Below are positions 41,031 through 51,014 of a DNA stretch of 64,000 nt, piece after piece. Each line of letters begins with the position of its first letter. The first letter of the stretch is position 1. Origin of the DNA: a virus (lineage: Duplodnaviria; Heunggongvirae; Uroviricota; Caudoviricetes); the IMG/VR virus record IMGVR_UViG_3300021166_000052, positions 197,424 to 261,423 of that record. The stretch is one strand, 5' to 3'. Under the pieces are notes generated by a model that was not told the DNA's origin, did no database searches, and was given only the letters and a program-made list of their open reading frames with translations. A program made the position numbers and the translations under genes.

Positions 41031-41954
41031 ATGGTAGATTTAAATAAAATTGATTTATTGGATAAAAAAAATAATAATATAAAATTATCACCTGCTCAAA
41101 TTAAAAAAATTTATGATTCATTTGTAACGGATAATCCTATTTTGATTAATATGACGATTGCAAAAAATAATGGTATGGTAAAATATTACACGGGAAAATT
41201 GTGCAAACAGGGTCATATTACGTGTCGATATACTTCAAATCGTAGATGTGTAAAATGTGATTCTAATAATCCCGTCCTAACACAATACAAACCTATAGTA
41301 GATACAAAACATATTATATTAGATCGAATATCACAACTAAAAAAAACAAAAAAACCTAACAAAATTATAGAATTTAAAAATTATATTATTATAATCGCTA
41401 AAAGTAAATCAAAAAATCCTCATTTAATTAAAGTAGATAAAGATGATTATTATGGACTGTTACAATATTATTCATGGCATATAACTGCCCATGGGTATGC
41501 ACAAACCTCCAGTATTAGTCCAACTGGTAATTGTATTAATATCAAGATGCATCAAATGGTTTTGTTAACAAGGGGAATTGATCACCGAGATTTTAATAAA
41601 TTGAATAATTGTAAATCTAATTTACGTCCAGCTAATGCTATATTAAATAATATAAACCATCAAATTGTTGGCACATATAGAGGTGCATCCTTAACTAAAG
41701 CTGGTACATATAAGGCTTATATTGGATTCTTAGGTAAAAAATTTAGTATTGGCACATTTCCTAAAAAAATAATGGCGGCAAATGCATATGATATTATTCA
41801 TAGTTATATACATGGACCAGATACGGTTCTAAATGTGAACTCTTTTGAAAATTTTGAAGAAGAACTTAATCAATTAACACAACAGGAAGTTGATTTAATT
41901 TATACAAAAACTAATAATTTTATTAAAAATAAACTTTCCCAATTAGTAGGATGA
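41031..41954 (+). CDS. HNH homing endonuclease with AP2 DNA-binding domain
   Basis: HNH core WHITAHGYA...IDHRDFNKLNNCKSNLR. AP2-like GTYRGASLTKAGTYKAYIGFLGKKFSIGTF. Confidence 0.65.
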   Translation: MVDLNKIDLLDKKNNNIKLSPAQIKKIYDSFVTDNPILINMTIAKNNGMVKYYTGKLCKQGHITCRYTSNRRCVKCDSNNPVLTQYKPIVDTKHIILDRISQLKKTKKPNKIIEFKNYIIIIAKSKSKNPHLIKVDKDDYYGLLQYYSWHITAHGYAQTSSISPTGNCINIKMHQMVLLTRGIDHRDFNKLNNCKSNLRPANAILNNINHQIVGTYRGASLTKAGTYKAYIGFLGKKFSIGTFPKKIMAANAYDIIHSYIHGPDTVLNVNSFENFEEELNQLTQQEVDLIYTKTNNFIKNKLSQLVG

Positions 41955-42907
41955 TGTATATGAAATATGAAATGTATACTAATAAAGATGGGTCTATATC
42001 TAAATATGTACATAATGATGGATCTGAAACATCTATTAAAACATGGCCCGAAGGAGTAGAAACATGCGGTGGCTCTGGTAGAAATAAGTTTAATGTATTT
42101 GCGTCATGTAGTGTTGGATGTGCAATCAATTGTGAATTTTGCTTCTTAACAAGTAAAAAGTTTCCTTATAAATTTCTCGATTGCATTGAAATTGCTCAAA
42201 ACGTTGTAACTGCAATTAAAAGTGAATTGATTAGACGACCAGAATTAAAAGATATTCCATTTAATTTAAGCTGGATGGGAATGGGCGACGGTTGGCCAAT
42301 TTTAGATCATATTACTAAAGCAACGTATTTTATTATGAAAGAAATTGCGCCACTTGTATCATCTATTGAAGGAGTTGATATTGCAACGACATTACCAAGC
42401 ATTAGATATAATGATATAAATTTTTTGGATGCAATTGATAGTACATTGCGTAAAACTGGTAAATTAACACCCAAACCAGATACCAGAACAAATGTTAGAA
42501 TTTTTTATAGTTTACATAGTATGTTTAATAATATGAGAACCAAACTTATTCCACATACAATTAATGTTAATTGCGCGTTACCTTATTTAGAAGAAATTTC
42601 TAAACATTATAATGTAATATATCATTATTTATTATTAAATAATTTTAATGATTTTGGGGATTATATTACTGAGCTTGTTAGTTATTTTCATAAGAGAGAT
42701 TCCCAATTACGAATTTTACGTTATAATACATGCCCAAATTCAATATTTACTGAATCTGATAATTTTAACAATGTAATTGATATTTTAAATTATAATCTTA
42801 AAGATAAAGTTAAAATTCAATTATCACCGGGTAGCGAAATATCGGCGGCGTGTGGTATGTTTCTAATGAAAGAATCTTATAATTATCAAGGAACGTTAAA
42901 TGTCTGA
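41951..42907 (+). CDS. radical SAM enzyme (Cx3CxFC, RlmN/Cfr-like core)
   Basis: SCSVGCAINCEFCFLTS matches the CxxxCxFC(S/A)T pattern. Confidence 0.55.
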   Translation: MMYMKYEMYTNKDGSISKYVHNDGSETSIKTWPEGVETCGGSGRNKFNVFASCSVGCAINCEFCFLTSKKFPYKFLDCIEIAQNVVTAIKSELIRRPELKDIPFNLSWMGMGDGWPILDHITKATYFIMKEIAPLVSSIEGVDIATTLPSIRYNDINFLDAIDSTLRKTGKLTPKPDTRTNVRIFYSLHSMFNNMRTKLIPHTINVNCALPYLEEISKHYNVIYHYLLLNNFNDFGDYITELVSYFHKRDSQLRILRYNTCPNSIFTESDNFNNVIDILNYNLKDKVKIQLSPGSEISAACGMFLMKESYNYQGTLNV

Positions 42908-43085
42908 TTTAATTGATGATGATGATATATTAGATCCATTCGATGTAGCCTTTAATGATTGGTATAATAGTGAAGAAACGCAGAGAAGGTTCCATTGTGG
43001 ACATTACGATGACCGCCAAATGATAATGGCGGGGGCGTACTGGGCCAAAGCCTTTTTGAACAAAAATAAAACGTTATTAACGTAA
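42900..43085 (+). CDS. small acidic protein
   Basis: 61-aa ORF overlapping the upstream stop. Confidence 0.35.
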   Translation: MSDLIDDDDILDPFDVAFNDWYNSEETQRRFHCGHYDDRQMIMAGAYWAKAFLNKNKTLLT

Positions 43086-43093
43086 TATAATTA

Positions 43094-43152
43094 TTGACAA
43101 CAAAGCCACCATTTAGTATTAAGTATATATAAACTTAACTAATGGTGGCTTT
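43094..43152 (+). promoter_or_regulatory. TTGACA-17-TATTAA promoter plus 12-bp inverted repeat (aaagccaccatt ... aatggtggcttt) covering the first ATG of the next gene
   Basis: -35 at 43094-43099. Inverted-repeat arms at 43103-43114 and 43141-43152. The second arm contains ATG 43142 and is followed by TTTT. Confidence 0.35.
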
Positions 43153-43966
43153 TATGTTAAATGAAAAATGTAATCGTACTTTTGCTAACGGTATCGTATA
43201 CTTAATGGAAACCGAGGATGGTTATCCCATTGAAGTGACCGATACATTTTTACCATATTATACCAAAGATGCAGTTGGTCCCCACCAAAATAAACTTTCA
43301 TCCACGGATTTAGGAAGCAGGAATGAGCGGTGGATGGTGGGTGTTTCCACAATGTCCGGTTGTCCCGTAAGATGTAAATTTTGTGCAACTGGTAAATTAA
43401 ATAAGGTTCGCAATCTTACTTGGCAGGAGATTTGTGATCAAGTCCTTTTTGTTATTTATAAGAATCGGGACAGTGAAGGAAATGTAATTTTCAATCCCGT
43501 TGAAGCGAAAGAATTTAAGATTAACTATACTCGAATGGGCGAACCCTTTTTGAACATTGAAAATGTTCGCAAAGCCATTGAGTGGTTGGATGATAGGTTT
43601 CCCGCTATAAGAATTCATCATTATGTTTCAACAATTGGTATTACGGGCGCTGATTATTCATGGATTAAAGATAATGTAACATTACAATTTTCAGTGCATT
43701 CATTTACTGAATCATATCGTAACTGGTTAATCCCATATAAAAATAAAATTTCACTGGAAGAAATGGGAAAAGTTCGAACTAGTAGTAATCTTAAAACAAC
43801 TATTAATTTAACTTTAACTAGACCTGAAGATTTTGATATCGTTGCATTAAAAAACTATTTTAATAAAGAGCATTTTTTTATTAAATTGAGTCCAATTAAT
43901 ACAAATACCATCTCAGAAAAAAATAATATTGTAGATGGTGTTATTCATACGGAGAATATTAAATGA
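43142..43966 (+). CDS. radical SAM enzyme, RlmN/Cfr-family-like
   Basis: GCPVRCKFCATGKLNKVRNLTWQEI closely parallels RlmN [25 protein letters not shown]. True start may be ATG 43154. Confidence 0.6.
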   Translation: MVAFMLNEKCNRTFANGIVYLMETEDGYPIEVTDTFLPYYTKDAVGPHQNKLSSTDLGSRNERWMVGVSTMSGCPVRCKFCATGKLNKVRNLTWQEICDQVLFVIYKNRDSEGNVIFNPVEAKEFKINYTRMGEPFLNIENVRKAIEWLDDRFPAIRIHHYVSTIGITGADYSWIKDNVTLQFSVHSFTESYRNWLIPYKNKISLEEMGKVRTSSNLKTTINLTLTRPEDFDIVALKNYFNKEHFFIKLSPINTNTISEKNNIVDGVIHTENIK

Positions 43967-44157
43967 TACAAGTTGTATTATTGGTTTGCATAGCAGTTAT
44001 AGCTGGAATTTTTTTGGTTAGTTTACTTGACTTTATGTTATATATATCGTCGTGCTTATTTAATAGTTTAAGTTGTTGTATTGTCAAAAAACAAAAAAAC
44101 CATTATATATTAGGCATAAACAAAACTACCAATGAATGGGAAATTAAATATTTTTAA
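43963..44157 (+). CDS. small membrane protein
   Basis: Hydrophobic 64-aa ORF. Confidence 0.35.
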   Translation: MIQVVLLVCIAVIAGIFLVSLLDFMLYISSCLFNSLSCCIVKKQKNHYILGINKTTNEWEIKYF

Positions 44158-44171
44158 ATTGGAGATATACA

Positions 44172-44444
44172 ATGGCACCTACTAAAAAAAATAAAGAAGT
44201 TGAAATTATTTCTAAATTACGATTACGTTTTGCAAGTAGTAAAGAATTTGTAGAAGCTATTTTTGATATGTATGATGGGGGTATGATTTCAAGAGAATCT
44301 TTAATTGATGTCATCTGTTCAAATTTAACAGATGCTCCGTCAATTAGTAAAGTAATTAAATCAGAAACCCCGGCTGTAACAACTAAACCCACAATAACTA
44401 GCGACCCATGTAGAGGTAGTAGTTCTAGGAGTTCATGTTCATAG
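44172..44444 (+). CDS. hypothetical small protein
   Basis: 90-aa ORF with Ser/Thr-rich C-terminus. Confidence 0.35.
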   Translation: MAPTKKNKEVEIISKLRLRFASSKEFVEAIFDMYDGGMISRESLIDVICSNLTDAPSISKVIKSETPAVTTKPTITSDPCRGSSSRSSCS

Positions 44445-44641
44445 TGAAAATATTGAAAAATGTTATATCATTTCGTGAACGATATATATTACATTCATAT
44501 AATCTATACGGTAATATAAAAGTTTTTAATAGGATTCAATATTGTAGATGGTACTGGCCCATCAATTTAATATCTTGGATATTGAACCGTATATTTAATT
44601 ATAATTGTAATATATATCAAAAAAACATATAATAATGGGGG

Positions 44642-45532
44642 TTGTATAATTATATCATGAGTGATTTTATTGATAAAATAAAATTTAAAAATAGTGATTG
44701 TAGTTTAAATCAACAACCACCCCAAATTATTAATGAACGGTATGTTAATTTGTATGTTAAAATTGCAGACACTTGTAATGCTAACTGTCCATTTTGCGTT
44801 TATCATAATAAATTCCCCAATTTTATCTTTGATTTTAAAAAATTTAAATATATAATTAACACTTTACTACGAAATGATATTGAAATTCATAAAATTTCGT
44901 TTACAGGTGGAGAACCGACAACTAATAGAAGCGGTTTACATGATGTAATAAAATTTTTAGGACATCTTCCTATTAAACCATTTATAGTGGTCAATACCAA
45001 TGGGTTCCGTTTGGATTGGTTAACTACTTTAGATGGTATTGATAGTATAGCATTATCACGTCATGCAGTTTCTGATAATGATCAATATCAAATAATGAAC
45101 ACCAAAACGTGCCCAACTGCGAGTAATATACAATTTCATGCAAGTGATAAAATTCACTTGACATGTAACCTTATTAATGGTTATATTGATAGTGTATATA
45201 AGGTTGAGGAATATTTGGAATTCTGTCAATCTATTGGTATTTATGATGTCGGGTTCGTTAGTTTGATGAAAGTAAATCACTATTGCGAACAACATCACTT
45301 GGATTTTGATGATATTAAAATTGAAACATCCGGGAGGGTAGCATGTAACAGAGAATGGAATTGCACCGATATATGCAAATGTAAAAATTATTTATATTTA
45401 CCCACCAAAGGCACCAGATTAGTGAAGTTCTATTCACGATATCGATGTAAGGATAATGTTGACATGGGTAGCACATTGGTATATGATGGAACTTCACTAA
45501 GAACAAATTTTTCTTCAGACGTTTTAATATGA
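44642..45532 (+). CDS. radical SAM enzyme with Cys-rich C-terminal (SPASM/twitch-like) extension
   Basis: CNANCPFC near the N-terminus. C-terminal CNREWNCTDICKCKNY. Confidence 0.55.
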   Translation: MYNYIMSDFIDKIKFKNSDCSLNQQPPQIINERYVNLYVKIADTCNANCPFCVYHNKFPNFIFDFKKFKYIINTLLRNDIEIHKISFTGGEPTTNRSGLHDVIKFLGHLPIKPFIVVNTNGFRLDWLTTLDGIDSIALSRHAVSDNDQYQIMNTKTCPTASNIQFHASDKIHLTCNLINGYIDSVYKVEEYLEFCQSIGIYDVGFVSLMKVNHYCEQHHLDFDDIKIETSGRVACNREWNCTDICKCKNYLYLPTKGTRLVKFYSRYRCKDNVDMGSTLVYDGTSLRTNFSSDVLI

Positions 45533-45762
45533 AAGTAATACGAAAAAAATTAAATGATCTATTTGAACAGAATTGGTGTCCGCGTTGTGGAAAGATAACA
45601 CCAATGCAGGGTATTGCATATTTACCCGGTATTTTACGTAAACAATGTAAAATTTGTAAAGGTAGTATAGTTGCAAATTTTCTTGATAGTGAATCAGATA
45701 TGATCACTATTCCCGACGATTTAATAATTCCAACAGAAGGTGATAACAATGACACAGACTAA
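45529..45762 (+). CDS. zinc-ribbon protein
   Basis: CPRCGK...CKICKG. Confidence 0.4.
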   Translation: MKVIRKKLNDLFEQNWCPRCGKITPMQGIAYLPGILRKQCKICKGSIVANFLDSESDMITIPDDLIIPTEGDNNDTD

Positions 45763-45907
45763 ACAAGAATATGTAAATGACGTTGTTGAAGATTTGATCA
45801 AAGCTGAACTTGAAGAAGCTGGCTATGACTATGCAATTGCAATTGCTACCAATGCTGAAATTGCAGCAGGGGCAGCATGTGGACAACTAGCCATTATTGG
45901 TGAATAA
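45749..45907 (+). CDS. 52-aa peptide MTQTKQEYVNDVVEDLIKAELEEAGYDYAIAIATNAEIAAGAACGQLAIIGE, candidate modified-peptide precursor
   Basis: Unannotated short ORF directly downstream of three radical SAM genes. Acidic helical N-terminal part and Gly/Ala/Cys-containing C-terminal part. Confidence 0.25.
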   Translation: MTQTKQEYVNDVVEDLIKAELEEAGYDYAIAIATNAEIAAGAACGQLAIIGE

Positions 45908-46020
45908 CCACGTTATGTTTGAGTTTATATTAATATTACTAGACAAAATTATTAATTGGATTAGTAATATTATTGAATTTTTACCAATATTAACAGTATT
46001 ATTTTAATTGGAGATATCTA

Positions 46021-46641
46021 ATGAATAAAACGATCATTACATTTGTGGTCATTTGTCTGTTTACATTTATTTTTAGCATTGATGATGTATTTGCTAGAAA
46101 TGATTCTAATGATATTATTATAACTACTAATGATCTCATTAATATGTCCCCTGATGCCCGTAATAAGTTGTTGGAAGAAATGAAAAAAGTAGATCCGGCC
46201 CTTAGAAAAGATGCATTGAAACTAATTGGTGATATGGATGTAGCTGGATTTAAAGGTAAAGCGGAAGCCATTGCCGATACGATGGTGTTATTTTGTGATA
46301 AATTGGGGATGAAAGTTAATGAATTTGTAACTACTCCAGTTGGTTTTATGGCAACGTTTGGTATCATTTATAAACTGGGTGTATTTGGGAGTGTTTGGTC
46401 ATTTATTAAAGGTAGTTTATGTATTATTTTTTTTAGTGTAGTATTATTTAATCTTAATACAAAAACTATAAAACTAATTAAGAAATATGACGGCCAAGGT
46501 GAAGTTTTTGAGATTAATGAAGTTTTAATTCCTAAACTTACTGCTATATCAGGTAATATTAATGATGAATATACTGCATATTCAGTAGTAGGTTCAATAA
46601 TTTGTGTAATTGTTATTATCCTAGCATTTATTAATATGTGA
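46021..46641 (+). CDS. membrane-anchored/secreted protein
   Basis: Signal peptide and hydrophobic C-terminal segments. Confidence 0.45.
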   Translation: MNKTIITFVVICLFTFIFSIDDVFARNDSNDIIITTNDLINMSPDARNKLLEEMKKVDPALRKDALKLIGDMDVAGFKGKAEAIADTMVLFCDKLGMKVNEFVTTPVGFMATFGIIYKLGVFGSVWSFIKGSLCIIFFSVVLFNLNTKTIKLIKKYDGQGEVFEINEVLIPKLTAISGNINDEYTAYSVVGSIICVIVIILAFINM

Positions 46642-46985
46642 GAATTAAAATGATTACTATTAAAAAGAATATATGGACCCTAGTCCAAATCGATCACTGT
46701 AATAAACGTATTAACATTTTTGATACATGGCTTGATATTGCAATTTCAGTTTTGCCAATATATAAACATGGAATATATATGTATTTGGCACTGAGTTTAG
46801 ATATCATTAGAAATGTATATCAATGTCAACCACTATCAATATATTCTATTATCAATTTGATGTTAATTATATTTATTGGAATATACAACGTATATCATTA
46901 CGATGATTTGGTATTTTTTCATAAAATACCAGTTGAAGTAGATATACGGGCATCTAAAACAGGACCAGAATATATAATTCATTAA
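46638..46985 (+). CDS. membrane protein
   Basis: Multiple hydrophobic helices. Confidence 0.4.
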   Translation: MRIKMITIKKNIWTLVQIDHCNKRINIFDTWLDIAISVLPIYKHGIYMYLALSLDIIRNVYQCQPLSIYSIINLMLIIFIGIYNVYHYDDLVFFHKIPVEVDIRASKTGPEYIIH

Positions 46986-46992
46986 TCTTGAT

Positions 46993-47343
46993 ATGGAAAC
47001 AAAAATATTTACAATAATGGCCCCCTCAAAAATAATGAGGAGATTGGAGCGTTTTTTTGCATTATTAAATTGGTATAGCAATAATAACGAATCTACAATA
47101 TGCGCTATGTCTCTCGATGCAAAAGGTAGCGAATGTATAAGAGTTGAAAATATATTTAATAATCAATTACAACATGAAGTAAAGGCGATTAGTTTATGTA
47201 ATTTTGATATAAATATTGCATATGATGATTCATATTCAGGTGGGGAATTACTAAACGAACAAAATCATTATCACACTCGACCAGTTGCTACATTATATAA
47301 AAATAATGAAATTATTTATATTTCAGATATAAAGGAATTTTAA
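46993..47343 (+). CDS. hypothetical protein
   Basis: 116-aa ORF. Confidence 0.4.
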   Translation: METKIFTIMAPSKIMRRLERFFALLNWYSNNNESTICAMSLDAKGSECIRVENIFNNQLQHEVKAISLCNFDINIAYDDSYSGGELLNEQNHYHTRPVATLYKNNEIIYISDIKEF

Positions 47344-48015
47344 ATGATTATATCGACAGCTTTTCAAGATGAATTATTAACGAATTCATGGGAACGATGT
47401 TGGGGATATATCGCATTAAATAAAAATGATATGTTACGAGATATGATTATTTGGAAGTACTCTGATCCACGTAGGCATTATCATAATATTAGTCATTTAA
47501 TTGGGTGCGTTCAAGAGTTTAAGGCTAATTATGAATTAGCAATTGATCCCTTTTTAGTTGAGTTGGCAATATGGATTCATGATATTGAAAATGATATCAA
47601 TTCAAAAACCAATGAATTTGATAGTTTTATGTTTTTTATGGATCATATAGGATCAACCGAAGTTGAGCAATTTGGATTGAGTAAAATTCCGCTTAGAAAA
47701 TTGGTATTGAGCACAAAGCATAACTTATCTATCACAGAAAGTTCACCGGACCAAAATCTTATATGTGATATTGATTTAGTGACACTGGGCGCAGATGATT
47801 TTACTTTTGATAATTATTGTCGTAAAATTCGTAAAGAATATAGTACTATACCCGATGATATATATTATCCAGAGCGTTTAAAAATATTATTATTATTTTT
47901 AAATAAAGATAATATATATAGAACTAAACAATTTAGAAAAAAATATGAAAGCAAAGCCAGAGAAAACTTGACAAAAGAAGTTAATCGGATTAGTATGATA
48001 ATCAATAACCTATAA
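47344..48015 (+). CDS. HD-domain phosphohydrolase
   Basis: H...H (YHNISH) and HD (IWIHDIEND) motifs. Confidence 0.45.
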   Translation: MIISTAFQDELLTNSWERCWGYIALNKNDMLRDMIIWKYSDPRRHYHNISHLIGCVQEFKANYELAIDPFLVELAIWIHDIENDINSKTNEFDSFMFFMDHIGSTEVEQFGLSKIPLRKLVLSTKHNLSITESSPDQNLICDIDLVTLGADDFTFDNYCRKIRKEYSTIPDDIYYPERLKILLLFLNKDNIYRTKQFRKKYESKARENLTKEVNRISMIINNL

Positions 48016-48020
48016 CTTAA

Positions 48021-48257
48021 ATGGGTGGTATCATGGCATTTATAAAAATTGAATTGGATCGATGTGTTGATATTACTAGAAATATTAAATGCCCGTATGT
48101 CACTGAAAAATTGACAAAAGGTTATGGTTATGCAGTTGATTATATGTGTAGATTAAATGATAATAAAATTGTATCGGGTTATGTTGAATGGGATAGAGAT
48201 GTAAACCCCGTTCCAGATTGGTGCCCATTGTTAATTAAGGATAATATTAATGACTGA
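48021..48257 (+). CDS. hypothetical protein
   Basis: 78-aa ORF. Confidence 0.4.
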   Translation: MGGIMAFIKIELDRCVDITRNIKCPYVTEKLTKGYGYAVDYMCRLNDNKIVSGYVEWDRDVNPVPDWCPLLIKDNIND

Positions 48258-49269
48258 TTTTAAAATAACTTACGAGCGAGACATTGAACATTGTACTGTC
48301 TCACCTTATATTAAATTTGTGACTATATCAGATGTATATAATGCAATCAATTCTGATATGTTAGATTGTGTAAAATTTGATGAAATAGGGTGGCAAGCTG
48401 TGTCAGCTAGGGGTACACGAAAGGTTGGTGATCGTGTATTATTTATCCCAGCCGAGTCAGTATTACCATTCGAGTTGGGTGAGTTACTTGATGTGACAAA
48501 ATATCTTTCTAAGGGAAGAGTTCGAGTCACATCGTTACGTGGCAACCGTTCAGAGGGTATTATTGTTGAAGAGGATGTTATTGGTCCTTATATTCCATAT
48601 ATTATGAAATGGGAAGATTTACCATCTATTTCAATGTGTGGTCAGCAACTAGCAGCGGCTGAAATAAGCCCATATATACATAGATTTTATAAAATGCCCA
48701 ACATTTTAAATGAACCAAAGACATTTGATGTGGGAGAAACTATACATTATAGTGAGAAAATTCATGGAACTAATTGGAGAGTTGGTATTTTACCACATCC
48801 TGTTACAGAAGAGTTAATGTTATATACGGGTAGTCATGATGTGGTATTGCAATTAACCGGTGAGAATGTATATGTCAGAGCCGCTACTGCTGTACAAGAA
48901 AATTTACCAGAAGGAATATTATTTTTTGGTGAAATTTTTGGCAGGGGTATTCAACATTTAAATTATGGCACTGTATTTGGGTATAGATTTTTTGCAGCTA
49001 CCAGAAGAGGTGAATATTTACCAATTGATGAATTTACTCAAATTTGTAAATTACATAATTTACCATATGTAGAGTTGAGTAAAATTATATTCACAGGTGA
49101 CATTGAACCAATTCGTCAATTATCAGAGGGCCAATCTGAATATGCAGACCATATCAAAGAAGGTATTGTTATGGTTTCTGATAAATACCCCGAACGGATG
49201 GCAAAATGTATCAGTTTTGTCTATTTGGAAAATAAGAATGGAAAACGAAAACGAACTGAACGACATTAA
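48250..49269 (+). CDS. ATP-dependent RNA ligase, T4 Rnl2-like
   Basis: Motif I EKIHGTN identical to T4 Rnl2. Motif III FFGEIFG, motif IV EGIVMV and motif V K..K. Confidence 0.7.
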   Translation: MTDFKITYERDIEHCTVSPYIKFVTISDVYNAINSDMLDCVKFDEIGWQAVSARGTRKVGDRVLFIPAESVLPFELGELLDVTKYLSKGRVRVTSLRGNRSEGIIVEEDVIGPYIPYIMKWEDLPSISMCGQQLAAAEISPYIHRFYKMPNILNEPKTFDVGETIHYSEKIHGTNWRVGILPHPVTEELMLYTGSHDVVLQLTGENVYVRAATAVQENLPEGILFFGEIFGRGIQHLNYGTVFGYRFFAATRRGEYLPIDEFTQICKLHNLPYVELSKIIFTGDIEPIRQLSEGQSEYADHIKEGIVMVSDKYPERMAKCISFVYLENKNGKRKRTERH

Positions 49270-49497
49270 TGATACTACCAATCACCAACATTATAATATA
49301 GTATTGGTGATTGGTAGGGGTGCTATGCAATCAACCATTCAACAATTACAACAAATTGCAAATCAAGATAATACCTTTCTTATAATGGATATACTTGACC
49401 AATCGATACCTCCTACTATTTTAAATGATATCCCAAAAATAGGGCAACCAGTACATCCGTGGCAAAATTATTATAAAAACCCCTCTAAAAGGAAATA

Positions 49498-49782
49498 TTG
49501 ATGGTTGGTTGGTATAGATATGCATCGGGTACATCTGGTGCTATTATTGTATATAATCAATGTACTACATCGGGTGGTACATTGGTATATCCAACAGATG
49601 TTAGTGAATATCATAAACAACACAGACGCACTATTGCCGATATTAAGCCTTGTAAAATGAAACGGCCCAAAATTGCACAACCAATCAATCCATGGAGTCC
49701 TCATTTTAATTTTAAAAATAAAATTAAATATTTGAATAAAAAACGAACATACTATGGATGTTGTCACATTAGTTTAAAATAA
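49498..49782 (+). CDS. hypothetical protein
   Basis: 94-aa ORF. Confidence 0.35.
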   Translation: MMVGWYRYASGTSGAIIVYNQCTTSGGTLVYPTDVSEYHKQHRRTIADIKPCKMKRPKIAQPINPWSPHFNFKNKIKYLNKKRTYYGCCHISLK

Positions 49783-49805
49783 TTATTATATAACGGGGTG
49801 TATAA

Positions 49806-50207
49806 TTGAAAAGATTTTGTTGCCAATGTGAAAATCATATTATTATAAATGATGCTGATCCAAAAGACATTGAAACTGTTAATGATGTAGCAGTTTTATG
49901 TAAATTAGTAGAAAATGATTATATTTTACCAAACTCCCGATTTCCATCAGAAAGATCGGAATATAGAGCCGTTACAGTTGCATGTAGTCCTGACAATATT
50001 AAGGAAGCGTTGCCATTAGAATGGTGTCCCATCCCCGAAGAAGAATTTAAACAAATCGAAATACCTACATTAAAAAAACAACGAAAAAAAAGAGAAACTA
50101 AACAAAATACGTCATTTTCAAATATACCAGACGTTGTAAAAAAAGTAGAAAAAGCTGTAATCCCTATTATACATGAGGAAATTAAAATTGGACGAGTCGT
50201 TGGATAA
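49806..50207 (+). CDS. hypothetical protein
   Basis: 133-aa ORF with a non-ATG start in the track. Confidence 0.35.
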   Translation: MKRFCCQCENHIIINDADPKDIETVNDVAVLCKLVENDYILPNSRFPSERSEYRAVTVACSPDNIKEALPLEWCPIPEEEFKQIEIPTLKKQRKKRETKQNTSFSNIPDVVKKVEKAVIPIIHEEIKIGRVVG

Positions 50208-50335
50208 AAAATATTGGTATTTAACTACATTTGAAGAATGTCCCGTTTGCGGTAAAAATGAAACTTATAAAGAACGACAATATACCAAAAAACCGGACGA
50301 TCCTAACTTGAGAATAAAATATCTTTATATGAATT

Positions 50336-50725
50336 GTGATTGTATTTATAACATGTGAGGAAATTATGAGCGAAACAGTAATTTATAGAGGCAAGTTACA
50401 AAAATTGGATGTAACTGATAAAGAACAATTTTCATTGGATATGTTAAGTACATATAACATTCCAAGGAATACATTTTGGGATACTGCATATGAACAATTA
50501 CGTGAAGATTTGTATGATGAATTTATAATTTTAAAAGATAATACTATATATAAAGTATTATCTAAGTCAGATAATGAAATTGATGATGATATATTTGAGT
50601 TGACTTCAAATGAAGATGGTACATTCAATTATTTGGTAATGTATTATAATGGTGGATGTGGTTTTAGTGAAGCTATCGAATATGCAGTTACTGAATATAA
50701 TGAAACTAAGGAGATTGATAAATGA
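50336..50725 (+). CDS. hypothetical acidic protein
   Basis: 129-aa ORF. Confidence 0.4.
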   Translation: MIVFITCEEIMSETVIYRGKLQKLDVTDKEQFSLDMLSTYNIPRNTFWDTAYEQLREDLYDEFIILKDNTIYKVLSKSDNEIDDDIFELTSNEDGTFNYLVMYYNGGCGFSEAIEYAVTEYNETKEIDK

Positions 50726-50943
50726 CAAGGGGAGAATTACTTGATTTATTAACCGTATATGCAAAAGATTATCATATTAACGCGGCAGAAACAATTGCCC
50801 GTAATGATCATATGAATAATTTAAAAGGTGTCCCAGTTCATACTGATGTAATTGACGCAGTTTTGGTGGATTTTATTAATTATATCGGTGTGAAAAATTG
50901 TATCGATTATGCACTTTACACATCTGATTTAACTAAAAAATAA
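50722..50943 (+). CDS. hypothetical protein
   Basis: 73-aa ORF. Confidence 0.4.
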   Translation: MTRGELLDLLTVYAKDYHINAAETIARNDHMNNLKGVPVHTDVIDAVLVDFINYIGVKNCIDYALYTSDLTKK

Positions 50944-51014
50944 CCGCTGATATAATTAATATCATATAACAACGTATATACGGAGTTAATTAAAATTAAA
51001 ATAGGTAATAATTT

